Assembly (NCBI GenBank): GCA_039793485.1
Contig: JBAMLO010000049.1
Location: forward strand, 4,157 to 68,156
Source of the DNA: Nitrososphaera sp.
GTDB lineage: Archaea > Thermoproteota > EX4484-205 > JAAOZO01
Length of the DNA stretch: 64,000 nucleotides
Reading direction: 5' to 3'
In this document: piece after piece, positions 29,199 through 37,955 of the stretch
Layout: the number at the start of each line of letters is the position of its first letter
Position numbering within the stretch: the first letter of the stretch is position 1
The notes under the pieces: model-generated
The model's input: the letters and a program-made list of their open reading frames with translations, nothing else
Databases searched by the model: none
What the model was told of the DNA's origin: nothing
Made by a program: the position numbers and the translations under genes

Positions 29199-30506
29199 TT
29201 GGAGGTAGGTGCCGCAAAAGTAGACATAACGCCTACTAACAATGTTTGGCTGGGCGGGTTTGCTGCAAGGTACAAACCAAGCGAAGGGGTGCACGATCCA
29301 CTATTTGCTAAAGCCTTCTTCATAAGCTCAAGAAGTTCTGAAGCCCTGTTAATCTCATGTGATCTTTTGAATATTCCAGAAGAACTCTACTCCATAGCTT
29401 CGGAAAAGATTTCTAGCGAGACGGGCATCGAACAGAACGCCATTCTAATAGCTGCTACTCATACTCATTCCGGTCCCTCGCTTTCTCCAAATATTTCTTC
29501 TTCAGCCAATCACGAGAATAAATCAAACAATGCTTACTACAGATCGTTACCAGGTCTAATAGCAGAAGCAGGTATAAGGGCAGTAGAGAAGTCAAGAAGC
29601 GGTTACATTGGCTTTGGTTCAACTAGTCTAAACATTTCCTTTAACAGAAGGAAAAAAGATGGACCGACCGATCCTGAGCTAATAGTTGCATTTGCAACAG
29701 ACCACGACAAAAATCCTATAGCAGTAACTATTAACTACGCATGCCATGGTGTAGTTCTTGGTCCAAGCAATTATCAAATTTCTTCAGATTTTATGGGCTA
29801 TGCTACCAGAACCGTTGAATCCTTAATAAAGGATAAAGTAGTGTCTTTGTTTTTTAATGGTGCTGATGGAGACCTCAACCCGATAACTTGCAAGGGCTAC
29901 GCTTGTAATGGAACGTTTGACGATGTAGAACGTCTAGGACTTGCTCTGTCTGACAGGGTGATAGATGCAATTCAGAACGTTACGCTGTTAGACAACATTG
30001 AAATAGGTCATGCGTTTAAAAAGATGGACGTGGAACTAGAAAAACCTTCTCTTGAACTCGCTGAAAAAATGTACAGGGAACAAGAAAACTACATAAAGAG
30101 TTTTTCTTCGAGCCGCTCTCCAACAGAAGCTATTCCTGCAGATAAAATTGAAGAGGCTACAGCAGTACTAAAATACTTAAGGAAAAACTTAGATAAAATA
30201 AAAACACAAAACTTTCCGGACAAAACTGTTGCAAATTTACAAGCAATCAGAATTGGTGATTACGCCATATTGGCTTTACCTGGTGAACCATTCGTAGAGC
30301 TTGGTCTTAAGATAAAGTCAAACTCACCCTTTAAGTTAACTTCTGTGTTTTCTTATGCAAATGGCTATGTTGGATATATTGCCCCTTTAACTTCCTATGA
30401 GGAAGGGGGATATGAAGTAATGCCTACGTATTGGAATAGGCTTAAGAAAGGCTCCGGAGAGTTGTTTGTTGAAGAAGGACTGAAGCTTTTGGGTTCGCTA
30501 AAGTAG
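29199..30506 (+). CDS. Neutral/alkaline ceramidase-like hydrolase
   Basis: DITP, HDPL, ATHTHSGP, NYACH, GADGD.NP, PGEPF, NGYVGY. Confidence 0.82.
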   Translation: MEVGAAKVDITPTNNVWLGGFAARYKPSEGVHDPLFAKAFFISSRSSEALLISCDLLNIPEELYSIASEKISSETGIEQNAILIAATHTHSGPSLSPNISSSANHENKSNNAYYRSLPGLIAEAGIRAVEKSRSGYIGFGSTSLNISFNRRKKDGPTDPELIVAFATDHDKNPIAVTINYACHGVVLGPSNYQISSDFMGYATRTVESLIKDKVVSLFFNGADGDLNPITCKGYACNGTFDDVERLGLALSDRVIDAIQNVTLLDNIEIGHAFKKMDVELEKPSLELAEKMYREQENYIKSFSSSRSPTEAIPADKIEEATAVLKYLRKNLDKIKTQNFPDKTVANLQAIRIGDYAILALPGEPFVELGLKIKSNSPFKLTSVFSYANGYVGYIAPLTSYEEGGYEVMPTYWNRLKKGSGELFVEEGLKLLGSLK

Positions 30507-30573
30507 GAAGTCTATTTCCGCTAAGTTCAAGAAGATTTATATCTATAGTATTTTTCATTCTGCTTTTAAAAGC

Positions 30574-31776
30574 GTGCGCAAAATGAAGTTTACGAACTTC
30601 CAAATAATTTTTCTACTTGGCTTTTTAACATGGAGTTCGCTTGCTCCCCTTTACCTGTACTATGGCTGGTACTTAAGGTCTGAAGGTATAAGCTACGTTG
30701 AGATAGGAATGGTTTTAAGCTCAAACGTTATTTTTACATTTTTTGCTCAGTTGCTTTCTGGATTTCTTTTTGATCGTTTCCATAATTATAAATATTTACT
30801 TCTTTTTACTTTTCTCATTAGATCTTTGTCTACCTCATTCATTGCCTATTTACCAAATCCACGTGACACTTACATTTGGTATGTTCTATCCTCTTTTTCT
30901 TTAGGCATGTTCTCCCCTCTCTCGCAATCCATAATTGCTGAAACATCAAGAAGTGAAAAATTGGGTACAAACTTAGGTCAATTTAGGCTTTCTGGTTCCG
31001 CTGGATGGGTTTTTTCTTGCATAGTTTCTGGATTTGTTGCGATGCAATCGTTAAAGGGATCTTTTGTTCTTGCATCCTTCTTCTCTATACTATCGCTTCC
31101 TCTTATACTATTGCTTAAAACTAGCGCCAACACTAGCCAGAACGTTAATAACTTAAATCTTAGCAAAGACACTAACAATAGTACAAGACAAAATAATTTA
31201 GCTATATTCCTTTTTTACTTAAGTATATTTCTTGCCAGCATTGGAATGGGAGCAGCTAGCAATTTTTTGAATATATTTATTTTAGAAAATGGAAACAATG
31301 CTCTTTCACTTTCTCTAATTTTGGCAATTGGTGCACTAGTTGAAGTTCCCTCTATGTTGCTCTCAGGAAAGCTTTCTGATGCAGTAGGCCCGTTGAAACT
31401 TCTCTCAGTAAGTGAGTTCTTCTTGGGGTTGGTGTACTTAGGCTATGCGTCTGTAAAAAACCTTTATAGCTTTTTTGTAGTTCAGTCCTTCAGAGGGCTT
31501 TTTTATGCTATTTTTACAGTTTCCGGTATGCACTTTAGTTCTATCGCAGGAGGAGAAAAGAAAAGAGGCATTTCAGCAGGAGTTTACAATGTGGCTAATA
31601 CTATAGGTTTAGCTTTAGGCCCTTATTTAGCAGGATTAATTTCGCAGTATCCTCTTTTTCTCTTAGGTTCATACTCTGGCATCTCTGCTTCTTTTATTTT
31701 TTCTTTCTTTATCTCAATTTTTGCTGCGGCCTTATTGCTCCTTTACGAGTTGCTGAAAAAGCTACTAAAGTATTAG
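30574..31776 (+). CDS. MFS transporter
   Basis: About 12 TM segments; MFS loop motifs GFLFDRF and GKLSDAVG. Confidence 0.85.
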   Translation: MRKMKFTNFQIIFLLGFLTWSSLAPLYLYYGWYLRSEGISYVEIGMVLSSNVIFTFFAQLLSGFLFDRFHNYKYLLLFTFLIRSLSTSFIAYLPNPRDTYIWYVLSSFSLGMFSPLSQSIIAETSRSEKLGTNLGQFRLSGSAGWVFSCIVSGFVAMQSLKGSFVLASFFSILSLPLILLLKTSANTSQNVNNLNLSKDTNNSTRQNNLAIFLFYLSIFLASIGMGAASNFLNIFILENGNNALSLSLILAIGALVEVPSMLLSGKLSDAVGPLKLLSVSEFFLGLVYLGYASVKNLYSFFVVQSFRGLFYAIFTVSGMHFSSIAGGEKKRGISAGVYNVANTIGLALGPYLAGLISQYPLFLLGSYSGISASFIFSFFISIFAAALLLLYELLKKLLKY

Positions 31777-31787
31777 TTGTCTCTTTG

Positions 31788-32780
31788 TTATTTGTCGAGA
31801 TTAATTTGAGGTAAGGGCCACATTAGAAGTATCTCGTAGTTTATTCCCATAGGTTTTTCCTTAGCGCTTCCAATAAGAGTGCTTGAGCCTAACAGTAAGT
31901 CCAAAATTGATGGTTTTGGAAGCGAAATAACCTTGGTTGGTGCATCTTGTGGCAAGCCTGCAAGTTGTTTTGCTCTAGAAACCGCATACTCGAAGCTTCC
32001 AACTTCATCAACCAGTCCAACCTTCAGTGCTTGCTTTCCTAAGTATGGTTTAGCAGTTACAACTTCGCTTAGGTTTACTTTGCTTCCTCTGTTTTCTACA
32101 ACCTTTTCTATGAAGTCCTTAGCAGTTTCATTTACCATTTCTCTAAATATTTCTTGTTCGTTTTCAGTTATGTTTCTATATGGGCTGCCAATATCTTTAA
32201 AGTTACCGCTCTTAAAGGTGTATACTTCAACTCCTAGCTTATTTAATAGGTTGCCGTAATTTATAAGTACGGAAACCGCTCCTACCGAACCTGTAAGTGA
32301 CAAAGGTGAGGCTATTATTTCTTTTGAAGGCAAAGCTATCATATATCCCCCAGATGCCCCATATTCAGTTATGTACGCAACAACTGCTTTCTTTTCTGCA
32401 AGTTCCTTTACTTGGTAATAAATTTCTTCTGAGGCAGCAGCACTTCCTCCGGGGCTGTTTATCACAAAAAGAACACCTTTAGCATTTGAGTCCTCTTCCA
32501 CTGTCTTTAAGAGGCTTCTTACACTACTTGGAGTTATTGTTCTCCCCGAAATAAAACTGGATTCTTCGTATGCAATTGTACCTGAAAGTTCTACTATGGC
32601 TAAGTAGTTCTTACCTGGACCTTTACTTGGACCTGTAAACTCTAGGTACCCCACTACTAGAGTCAGCACCACTAGTATGACGATTAGAGCTAAGATCTTC
32701 TTCTTTTTTCCACTTTGATTTTCTTTCATAAATATTTTTAGTAAAGCTTTCACCATATAAAATTTATCGTGAGCTAACAA
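31788..32780 (-). CDS. sppA: Signal peptide peptidase SppA (S49); true start probably near 32729
   Basis: N-terminal TM anchor, INSPGG, ASGGY, GSVG, KSG.FKD. Confidence 0.9.
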   Translation of the reverse strand: MLAHDKFYMVKALLKIFMKENQSGKKKKILALIVILVVLTLVVGYLEFTGPSKGPGKNYLAIVELSGTIAYEESSFISGRTITPSSVRSLLKTVEEDSNAKGVLFVINSPGGSAAASEEIYYQVKELAEKKAVVAYITEYGASGGYMIALPSKEIIASPLSLTGSVGAVSVLINYGNLLNKLGVEVYTFKSGNFKDIGSPYRNITENEQEIFREMVNETAKDFIEKVVENRGSKVNLSEVVTAKPYLGKQALKVGLVDEVGSFEYAVSRAKQLAGLPQDAPTKVISLPKPSILDLLLGSSTLIGSAKEKPMGINYEILLMWPLPQINLDK

Positions 32781-33021
32781 GAGAACCTCCTGCTAAGCGT
32801 GAAGGCGAACTACGAAAGCTTAAATAAACGTTGAGATACTAAAAACTTAGGGAACGTTTCTTATGCAGAAGGATGTTCAGGTCTGTGTTGAAGGAAAGGT
32901 TTTCAAGCTGAATAGGCTTGTAAAATGGCAGAGCTGTGAACTCAGCGAACCAGCAGATGAAGAGATAGGCGTGAAGTCTACCATAGGTACTGGAAGCCCT
33001 TCTGAGGGGAGAGTAGTTCGC
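32778..33021 (+). mobile_element. Non-autonomous IS200/IS605-like miniature element, copy 1
   Basis: Collinear with 43695-43909, with an identical AAACGTTGAGATACTAAAA at 32826-32844; ends GGAAGCCCTTCTGAGGGGAGAGTAGTTCGC; no credible ORF. Confidence 0.6.
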
Positions 33022-33042
33022 GTAAGTTGAGCCCAAGGTGGT

Positions 33043-33594
33043 TTGATGGTGGAATTTCTGGTGGTTTCAGTTCCAAACAAAGAGGCCAAAGCAAAAATAG
33101 AATTATTGGATGCTATTCTTTTAGCAGATAAAGATGTTAAGATAATAGAAACTGAACAAAAAAGCGCATTCAGAATAGTAACAAAACTCAACGAGGATGA
33201 CTTCTTGCATCTAGTCTTTAGTTCCTTGCCAAGATACATCGTTAGAGTCGTTCCTATTTACAAAACTTGCAGCTTAAACAAAAACGAAGTGCTCGCGTCT
33301 GCTTTAAGTTTGCTTGAAGATTTAAATTCAACTAAGAAAATTAAGGTAGAACTCAAATCTAAAAAGTCTTTAAGAAGTCTCTTAGATCCAATAAAAGAGG
33401 AGCTTCTTAAGGCAGTAAGAACAAAAGGCTATGAGCTAGACGTTATCTCTCCCGAGGTTATCCTATACCTTGAAACCATAGGCAATAAAATGATTATTTC
33501 TCTGCTACGAAGTACTCTTCCACTTTCATTGTACTCCCTGAGAGACAAAGCCTGCAAATTCGTAAAGCATATAACTGAAGAAAAAGGCACTTAA
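33043..33594 (+). CDS. Stand-alone THUMP-domain protein
   Basis: RVVPI.K.C and YELDVISPEVILYLET pattern typical of THUMP; adjacent to a cdc6-like gene. Confidence 0.6.
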   Translation: MMVEFLVVSVPNKEAKAKIELLDAILLADKDVKIIETEQKSAFRIVTKLNEDDFLHLVFSSLPRYIVRVVPIYKTCSLNKNEVLASALSLLEDLNSTKKIKVELKSKKSLRSLLDPIKEELLKAVRTKGYELDVISPEVILYLETIGNKMIISLLRSTLPLSLYSLRDKACKFVKHITEEKGT

Positions 33595-33611
33595 AAGGAC
33601 AAGGAGAAACA

Positions 33612-34724
33612 ATGATGCTTGAGCCAAAAGCGCAGGACTATCTCTTTCCTTTAACTAGAGGTTATCTTCCGCCTCGTCTTCCCTTTAGGGAAAAAGAACT
33701 AAGTGAGCTAGAATCTTTCTATCTTACTGGAATTAAGCTAGGATCCTTTCCTACCTTTCTCTTAATTGGACCAAGAAGCTCAGGAAAAACCACACTTGCA
33801 CTTAAGCTAGCTGAAGGCTTAAGAGTGAAGTTAGGTCTCAGAAGCATAGTAATTGACTGCAGCGCTGAAAGCAGTGAATTCAAAATAATTTCGAAGACGA
33901 TTAACATTCTTGGCATAACTTCAAGTAGACTTAAGGGTTCTTCAACAGAAGAACTTTTATCTTTCTTACTGAGATATTTTGCTTATGACAAACTTAAAAC
34001 CTTAATGGTTCTTGATAACATTGAATGTTTGGGCATTAGCAAAAATAAATTCTTGCTTAGCGCTCTACTGAAACTAAATGAAAACTTCAGAGAGGCCAGT
34101 AGAAACCTCGCGCTACTTTTTACAGCTAATGAAAAAGAATTTGAAAACCTGAGGCAATCAATAAAAGAATTCCAGAGGGTCCCAGTACTTAGGTTAAAGA
34201 GGTATACAAAAGAACAAGTTTACAACATAATAAAGTATAGGATAAGTTTGTTGCCTCTTCACCTTAAGTTTTCTAAGAGTAGCATAGAGCGTCTTGCTGA
34301 ACTCTCAACCAGTTATGAAGATGTAAGCCTAGCTCTTTCCCTTCTTTCGAGTTTAATTTTAGAGGCAAAAAGTACAAGAAAGGAAGAGATAACTCAAAGC
34401 GACGTAGATGACATTTATTCTAAAACGATCATTTCACGTAGTCGAGAATCTTTTACTCTTTCTGATGAGGAGGCGCTAATTTTCAACGTAATCTTAGAAC
34501 TAAAAGGAAACGAGTCTCTTAATCCAATAAAGTCTAGTCTTCTATGGGAAACTTATCAAAAGGTTTGCGAAAGAAAAGGAAAAAAGTTAATTTCATACAC
34601 AAAGTTCTGGAACATACTAGTTCAACTAGAAAGAAAGGGCTTAATAAAAAGGGATGTGAAAAGCTTTGGAAGGTTTGGGAGGTCAACTTTAATTTTCGTC
34701 CATAATGAACCAAATAGAGCTTAA
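33612..34724 (+). CDS. cdc6: Orc1/Cdc6-family AAA+ protein, divergent
   Basis: YLPPRLPFREKEL, GPRSSGKT, MVLDNIE, C-terminal winged helix (SYTKFW..L..LE..GLI..GR.T). Confidence 0.8.
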   Translation: MMLEPKAQDYLFPLTRGYLPPRLPFREKELSELESFYLTGIKLGSFPTFLLIGPRSSGKTTLALKLAEGLRVKLGLRSIVIDCSAESSEFKIISKTINILGITSSRLKGSSTEELLSFLLRYFAYDKLKTLMVLDNIECLGISKNKFLLSALLKLNENFREASRNLALLFTANEKEFENLRQSIKEFQRVPVLRLKRYTKEQVYNIIKYRISLLPLHLKFSKSSIERLAELSTSYEDVSLALSLLSSLILEAKSTRKEEITQSDVDDIYSKTIISRSRESFTLSDEEALIFNVILELKGNESLNPIKSSLLWETYQKVCERKGKKLISYTKFWNILVQLERKGLIKRDVKSFGRFGRSTLIFVHNEPNRA

Positions 34725-34974
34725 AATTAGAAAAAGAGCTTTAACCCCTTTTTATCGAATACTGAAGGTGCTTTCAGAAGAGGAAGAGCTAACTATTACT
34801 CAAATTGAACTAAGGGCAAGAGTAAATCACAAAACAGCTGTATCCAACCTTATCTTGTTAAAGAATGCGGGAATGGTGTTTGAAGTATCGCTAGGTCGAG
34901 TAAAAATGTACAGACTAAATAAAGACAACGAAAGAGTACAAATTTTAATCAAATTATTTTCTTCTTGGCCTTGA
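34705..34974 (+). CDS. ArsR-like winged-helix protein
   Basis: LTITQI..NHKT..L..L..G.V..GRVKMYRLN; overlaps the cdc6-like stop. Confidence 0.75.
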   Translation: MNQIELKIRKRALTPFYRILKVLSEEEELTITQIELRARVNHKTAVSNLILLKNAGMVFEVSLGRVKMYRLNKDNERVQILIKLFSSWP

Positions 34975-36120
34975 GCTGCCTTTCTTTTTTTCTGCTATAA
35001 AGTTCATCAAAGGAATAGTTTCAAATATGATTGTTCTGGTGGTTTCATGGTATTTTGTTTTCAGCTCTTTTATTTTTCCAGCTCTTTCCTGACTTTTTGA
35101 TATCCTTATCCATTTTTCTGACACCCTATTTGGTCTAGAAAGCCTAATGTATCCACCTTTTTTCGACTCCATAAGAGCAATCGCTAACAAATCGTAAATA
35201 TATGGAATTAATGACCACGACCTCTTCTTTTGAACAGTTGCAAGTATAAAGTCTGCGTCCGCTATTCTCTTTAAAAATTCATAAGCTTTCGTGCTGTCAT
35301 TCGCAATGTTTAGAAAGTTTCCATATATCCAGTCTAAAAGTTCATCGGGATTCATGTCTACGCTCATGAGGTGCGCTTTTGCTTCGTTTATGCTCTTTGC
35401 ATAAATTGCATGTCTAATAGCATCAAATATGCTTTCCTCTCTAAGTCTGTTTCCAAGTAAACTTTTCACTGACCCGTTGCTTATAACTTCGCTTTCTGTA
35501 GTTAATGCCTCCAAGTCTGTTAAAGCACTTCTCATGTCTCCTCCAGACCTTTCAGCAATTGCTTCCAAAGCTTCGTCTTTTATGAGAATGCCTTCTTCTT
35601 CAACAATCTTCTTTAGCCTTTTTAGTACTTGATCTTTTCTTAATCTATTAAATTCTATCATAAGACATTTTTCTCTTATTTCTCTTAAGCTTTGCTTCCA
35701 GGGGTCATTTGCAACCATAACTATTGGACTAGTTGCCTGATCAATTAACTGCTTTATAGCACTAACAGCCCCAACATCTTCTCGCTGGTATATCCCATCA
35801 ACTTCATCAAGGAAAACTAAGTTTGGTTTTCCTGAAATCGATCTGCTTCTTGAAGCTGGAAGAACTTTTTCCAGTATAACGTCTTTTGTTCTTGAGTCGC
35901 TTGCATTAAGCTCGATTAAGTTGTAGCCAAGCATTTTTGCTGCAATTTCTACTGTTAACGACTTTCCAACTCCTGCTGGTCCGTATATCAGTGCTGCCTT
36001 CTTTCCTTCTGGAGACCAGTTTTTTAACCAGTTTAAAAATTCCTCTCGCGCTTTTTCATTTCCAACTATCTCATTCCAGCTTTTGGGTTTAAATTTAGTA
36101 GTCCAAATTTCTCTAAGCAT
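34954..36120 (-). CDS. rfcL: Replication factor C large subunit
   Basis: WTTKFKP, GPAGVGKS, ELNASD.R, LDEVDG, GDMRSA. Confidence 0.92.
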   Translation of the reverse strand: MLREIWTTKFKPKSWNEIVGNEKAREEFLNWLKNWSPEGKKAALIYGPAGVGKSLTVEIAAKMLGYNLIELNASDSRTKDVILEKVLPASRSRSISGKPNLVFLDEVDGIYQREDVGAVSAIKQLIDQATSPIVMVANDPWKQSLREIREKCLMIEFNRLRKDQVLKRLKKIVEEEGILIKDEALEAIAERSGGDMRSALTDLEALTTESEVISNGSVKSLLGNRLREESIFDAIRHAIYAKSINEAKAHLMSVDMNPDELLDWIYGNFLNIANDSTKAYEFLKRIADADFILATVQKKRSWSLIPYIYDLLAIALMESKKGGYIRLSRPNRVSEKWIRISKSQERAGKIKELKTKYHETTRTIIFETIPLMNFIAEKKKGSSRPRRK

Positions 36121-36169
36121 TCGTTGATTTCACAGCTCACGATTAACTTTAAATGTCTTTCTCCTAACT

Positions 36170-37156
36170 CTAGCCACTGCTCTGTTTCTTTCTTTTATCT
36201 GCTGAAAGCATACTTATTTTAGCAAGTAAAGCAGAAATTTGAATTTCTGGATCCGCTCCAGAGTGAATTCTGTATTCTACATCAGCCAACATAGAAACCA
36301 TGTCTGCTTTTTCTTGAGCGCTGAGAGTTGATTGTGTCACGTTTTTGTGAATTCCTCTTATTATTTCTTTTGGGGGTATTCCTTCATTGTACAGTAAGTT
36401 GTTTAAGGTGTTCATAGCTGCCTCTAGGTCACCATGAAATGCTTTTTCAAATACTTGGTCGATTTTTCCAACTCCGGCATACCCAATGAAATCCTTTACT
36501 GATTTTACTGTTATGGCTCCTTCAATAGCTGCAGCACCTTGTGCAAAGTTAATTGCTTTTCTCATATCTCCTTCTGACTTTTCAACTATCATTTTTAATG
36601 CCTCTTCTTCGTATTTTATGTTTTCTTTAGTTGCTATTTCCTTCAGTCTTTCTAGGATTGCGCTGTCAGGAAGTGGACCGAATCTAAAAACTGCACACCT
36701 AGATTGTATTGGTTCTATTATCTTGTAAAGTTCGTTTGCTATTAAGATAAATCTTGTTGTGTTTGAGTATCGCTCCATCGTCCTCCTTAAGGCTTGTTGC
36801 GCTTCTTCGGTAGTGCTATCGCACTCATCCAGTATGATAATTTTAAATGGCACTTCGCCCAGAGGAACTGATCGAGCAAATTCCTTAACTCTATTTCTTA
36901 TAACGTCAATTCCTCTCTCATCTGAAGCGTTCAACTCTATGTAGTTTCCTGAAACATTTCCATTGTACATGTCGTAAACTAAAGCCAGTGCAGAAGTTGT
37001 CTTCGAAGTTCCAGGCGGCCCAACGAAAAGCAAGTGGGGCATATTCTTAGTTTTTACAAATGTTTCAAGTCTCTTGACGATTTCTTCTCTATCAACCATT
37101 TCGCTTAGACGCCTTGGTCTGTACTTTTCAGTCCAAACTTGCTCAGCTTCCATCAT
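36170..37156 (-). CDS. rfcS: Replication factor C small subunit
   Basis: WTEKYRP, GPPGTSKT, ELNASDERGID, LDECD, IQSRC; no intein. Confidence 0.95.
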   Translation of the reverse strand: MMEAEQVWTEKYRPRRLSEMVDREEIVKRLETFVKTKNMPHLLFVGPPGTSKTTSALALVYDMYNGNVSGNYIELNASDERGIDVIRNRVKEFARSVPLGEVPFKIIILDECDSTTEEAQQALRRTMERYSNTTRFILIANELYKIIEPIQSRCAVFRFGPLPDSAILERLKEIATKENIKYEEEALKMIVEKSEGDMRKAINFAQGAAAIEGAITVKSVKDFIGYAGVGKIDQVFEKAFHGDLEAAMNTLNNLLYNEGIPPKEIIRGIHKNVTQSTLSAQEKADMVSMLADVEYRIHSGADPEIQISALLAKISMLSADKRKKQSSG

Positions 37157-37412
37157 CTTGATTTTATTTAGTATTTTTAAAGCAATTTAAAGTTTTTATT
37201 AAAGCTAATGTTTTTGCTGAGGTAAAATAACTAAAAATGGACGTCTCTAAAGTCTTCTTCTAAGAAGCTCATTTTTAAGTTTTCTTAAGCTTTAGACCCT
37301 TCTAACTTTCAGAAAACTTTTGTTCAAACAACTAAAGAGTCTTAGTGTTAACCTAAATTAAACTTAAAAGATAAGGTTATATTACTCTCTTACTAGAACT
37401 ACAACTATAAGT

Positions 37413-37955
37413 TTGATGGAAAGCGAGCGTGCCCTAGTGAGTCTTTTAGTTAAAAAAGGCATAAGCAGAGTGAGAGCTGAGCTACTGATAAAGCCCATAA
37501 AAGTGGCACCAAAGTCGGAAACAGAGCTTTCTTCTACTCTTTTCGGAGAGATTCAAGTAAAGAAGTCTTCAAGTACTGAAATTCCATACTTTGCTGCTAC
37601 CATTATGGAGCGAAACGGGTTGTTGGAAATACCAAACTCTGACTTATCGGAGAAAAACCTAAAAATGCTTAGCTGGAACGAAAAGTACAAGGAAACAAAG
37701 CTTTCTTCTCTACCTGAAAACTTCTATCTCCTAGCGCAAGAAGCGCTTTTGAATACGAAAGATAAAAAAATTGATTCTCTAATTATTGAAATTGTTAGCT
37801 TAAGGATTAAAAAACTATTAAGATATCTCGTCCTTCCTTCAATTCCATCCGAGGTAATAAGTTCTTTTAGTCCAGAGGAGAAGTATCTCTTTTATTTGTT
37901 AAGAGAAGTTATAAGCTCATGGCAAAGGGAGGTGCTTGGAATTGGAGCAAGATAA
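37413..37955 (+). CDS. GINS subunit (Gins23-like)
   Basis: B-domain-first order, LPENFY, R..K..EE motifs; overlaps the mcm start as in the common gins23-mcm pair. Confidence 0.7.
   Translation: MMESERALVSLLVKKGISRVRAELLIKPIKVAPKSETELSSTLFGEIQVKKSSSTEIPYFAATIMERNGLLEIPNSDLSEKNLKMLSWNEKYKETKLSSLPENFYLLAQEALLNTKDKKIDSLIIEIVSLRIKKLLRYLVLPSIPSEVISSFSPEEKYLFYLLREVISSWQREVLGIGAR

Noticed and set aside
32839-33239. Minus-strand ORFs 32839-33036 and 32877-33239 (also 43862-44059)
   Set aside because: They overlap the non-coding repeat element or lie antisense to real genes, have no protein motifs and are not conserved between the two element copies
37157-37412. AT-rich spacer between rfcS and gins/mcm as a replication origin
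   Set aside because: No ORB-like repeats (TCCAxTGGAA with a G-string) visible; divergent promoters are enough to explain it
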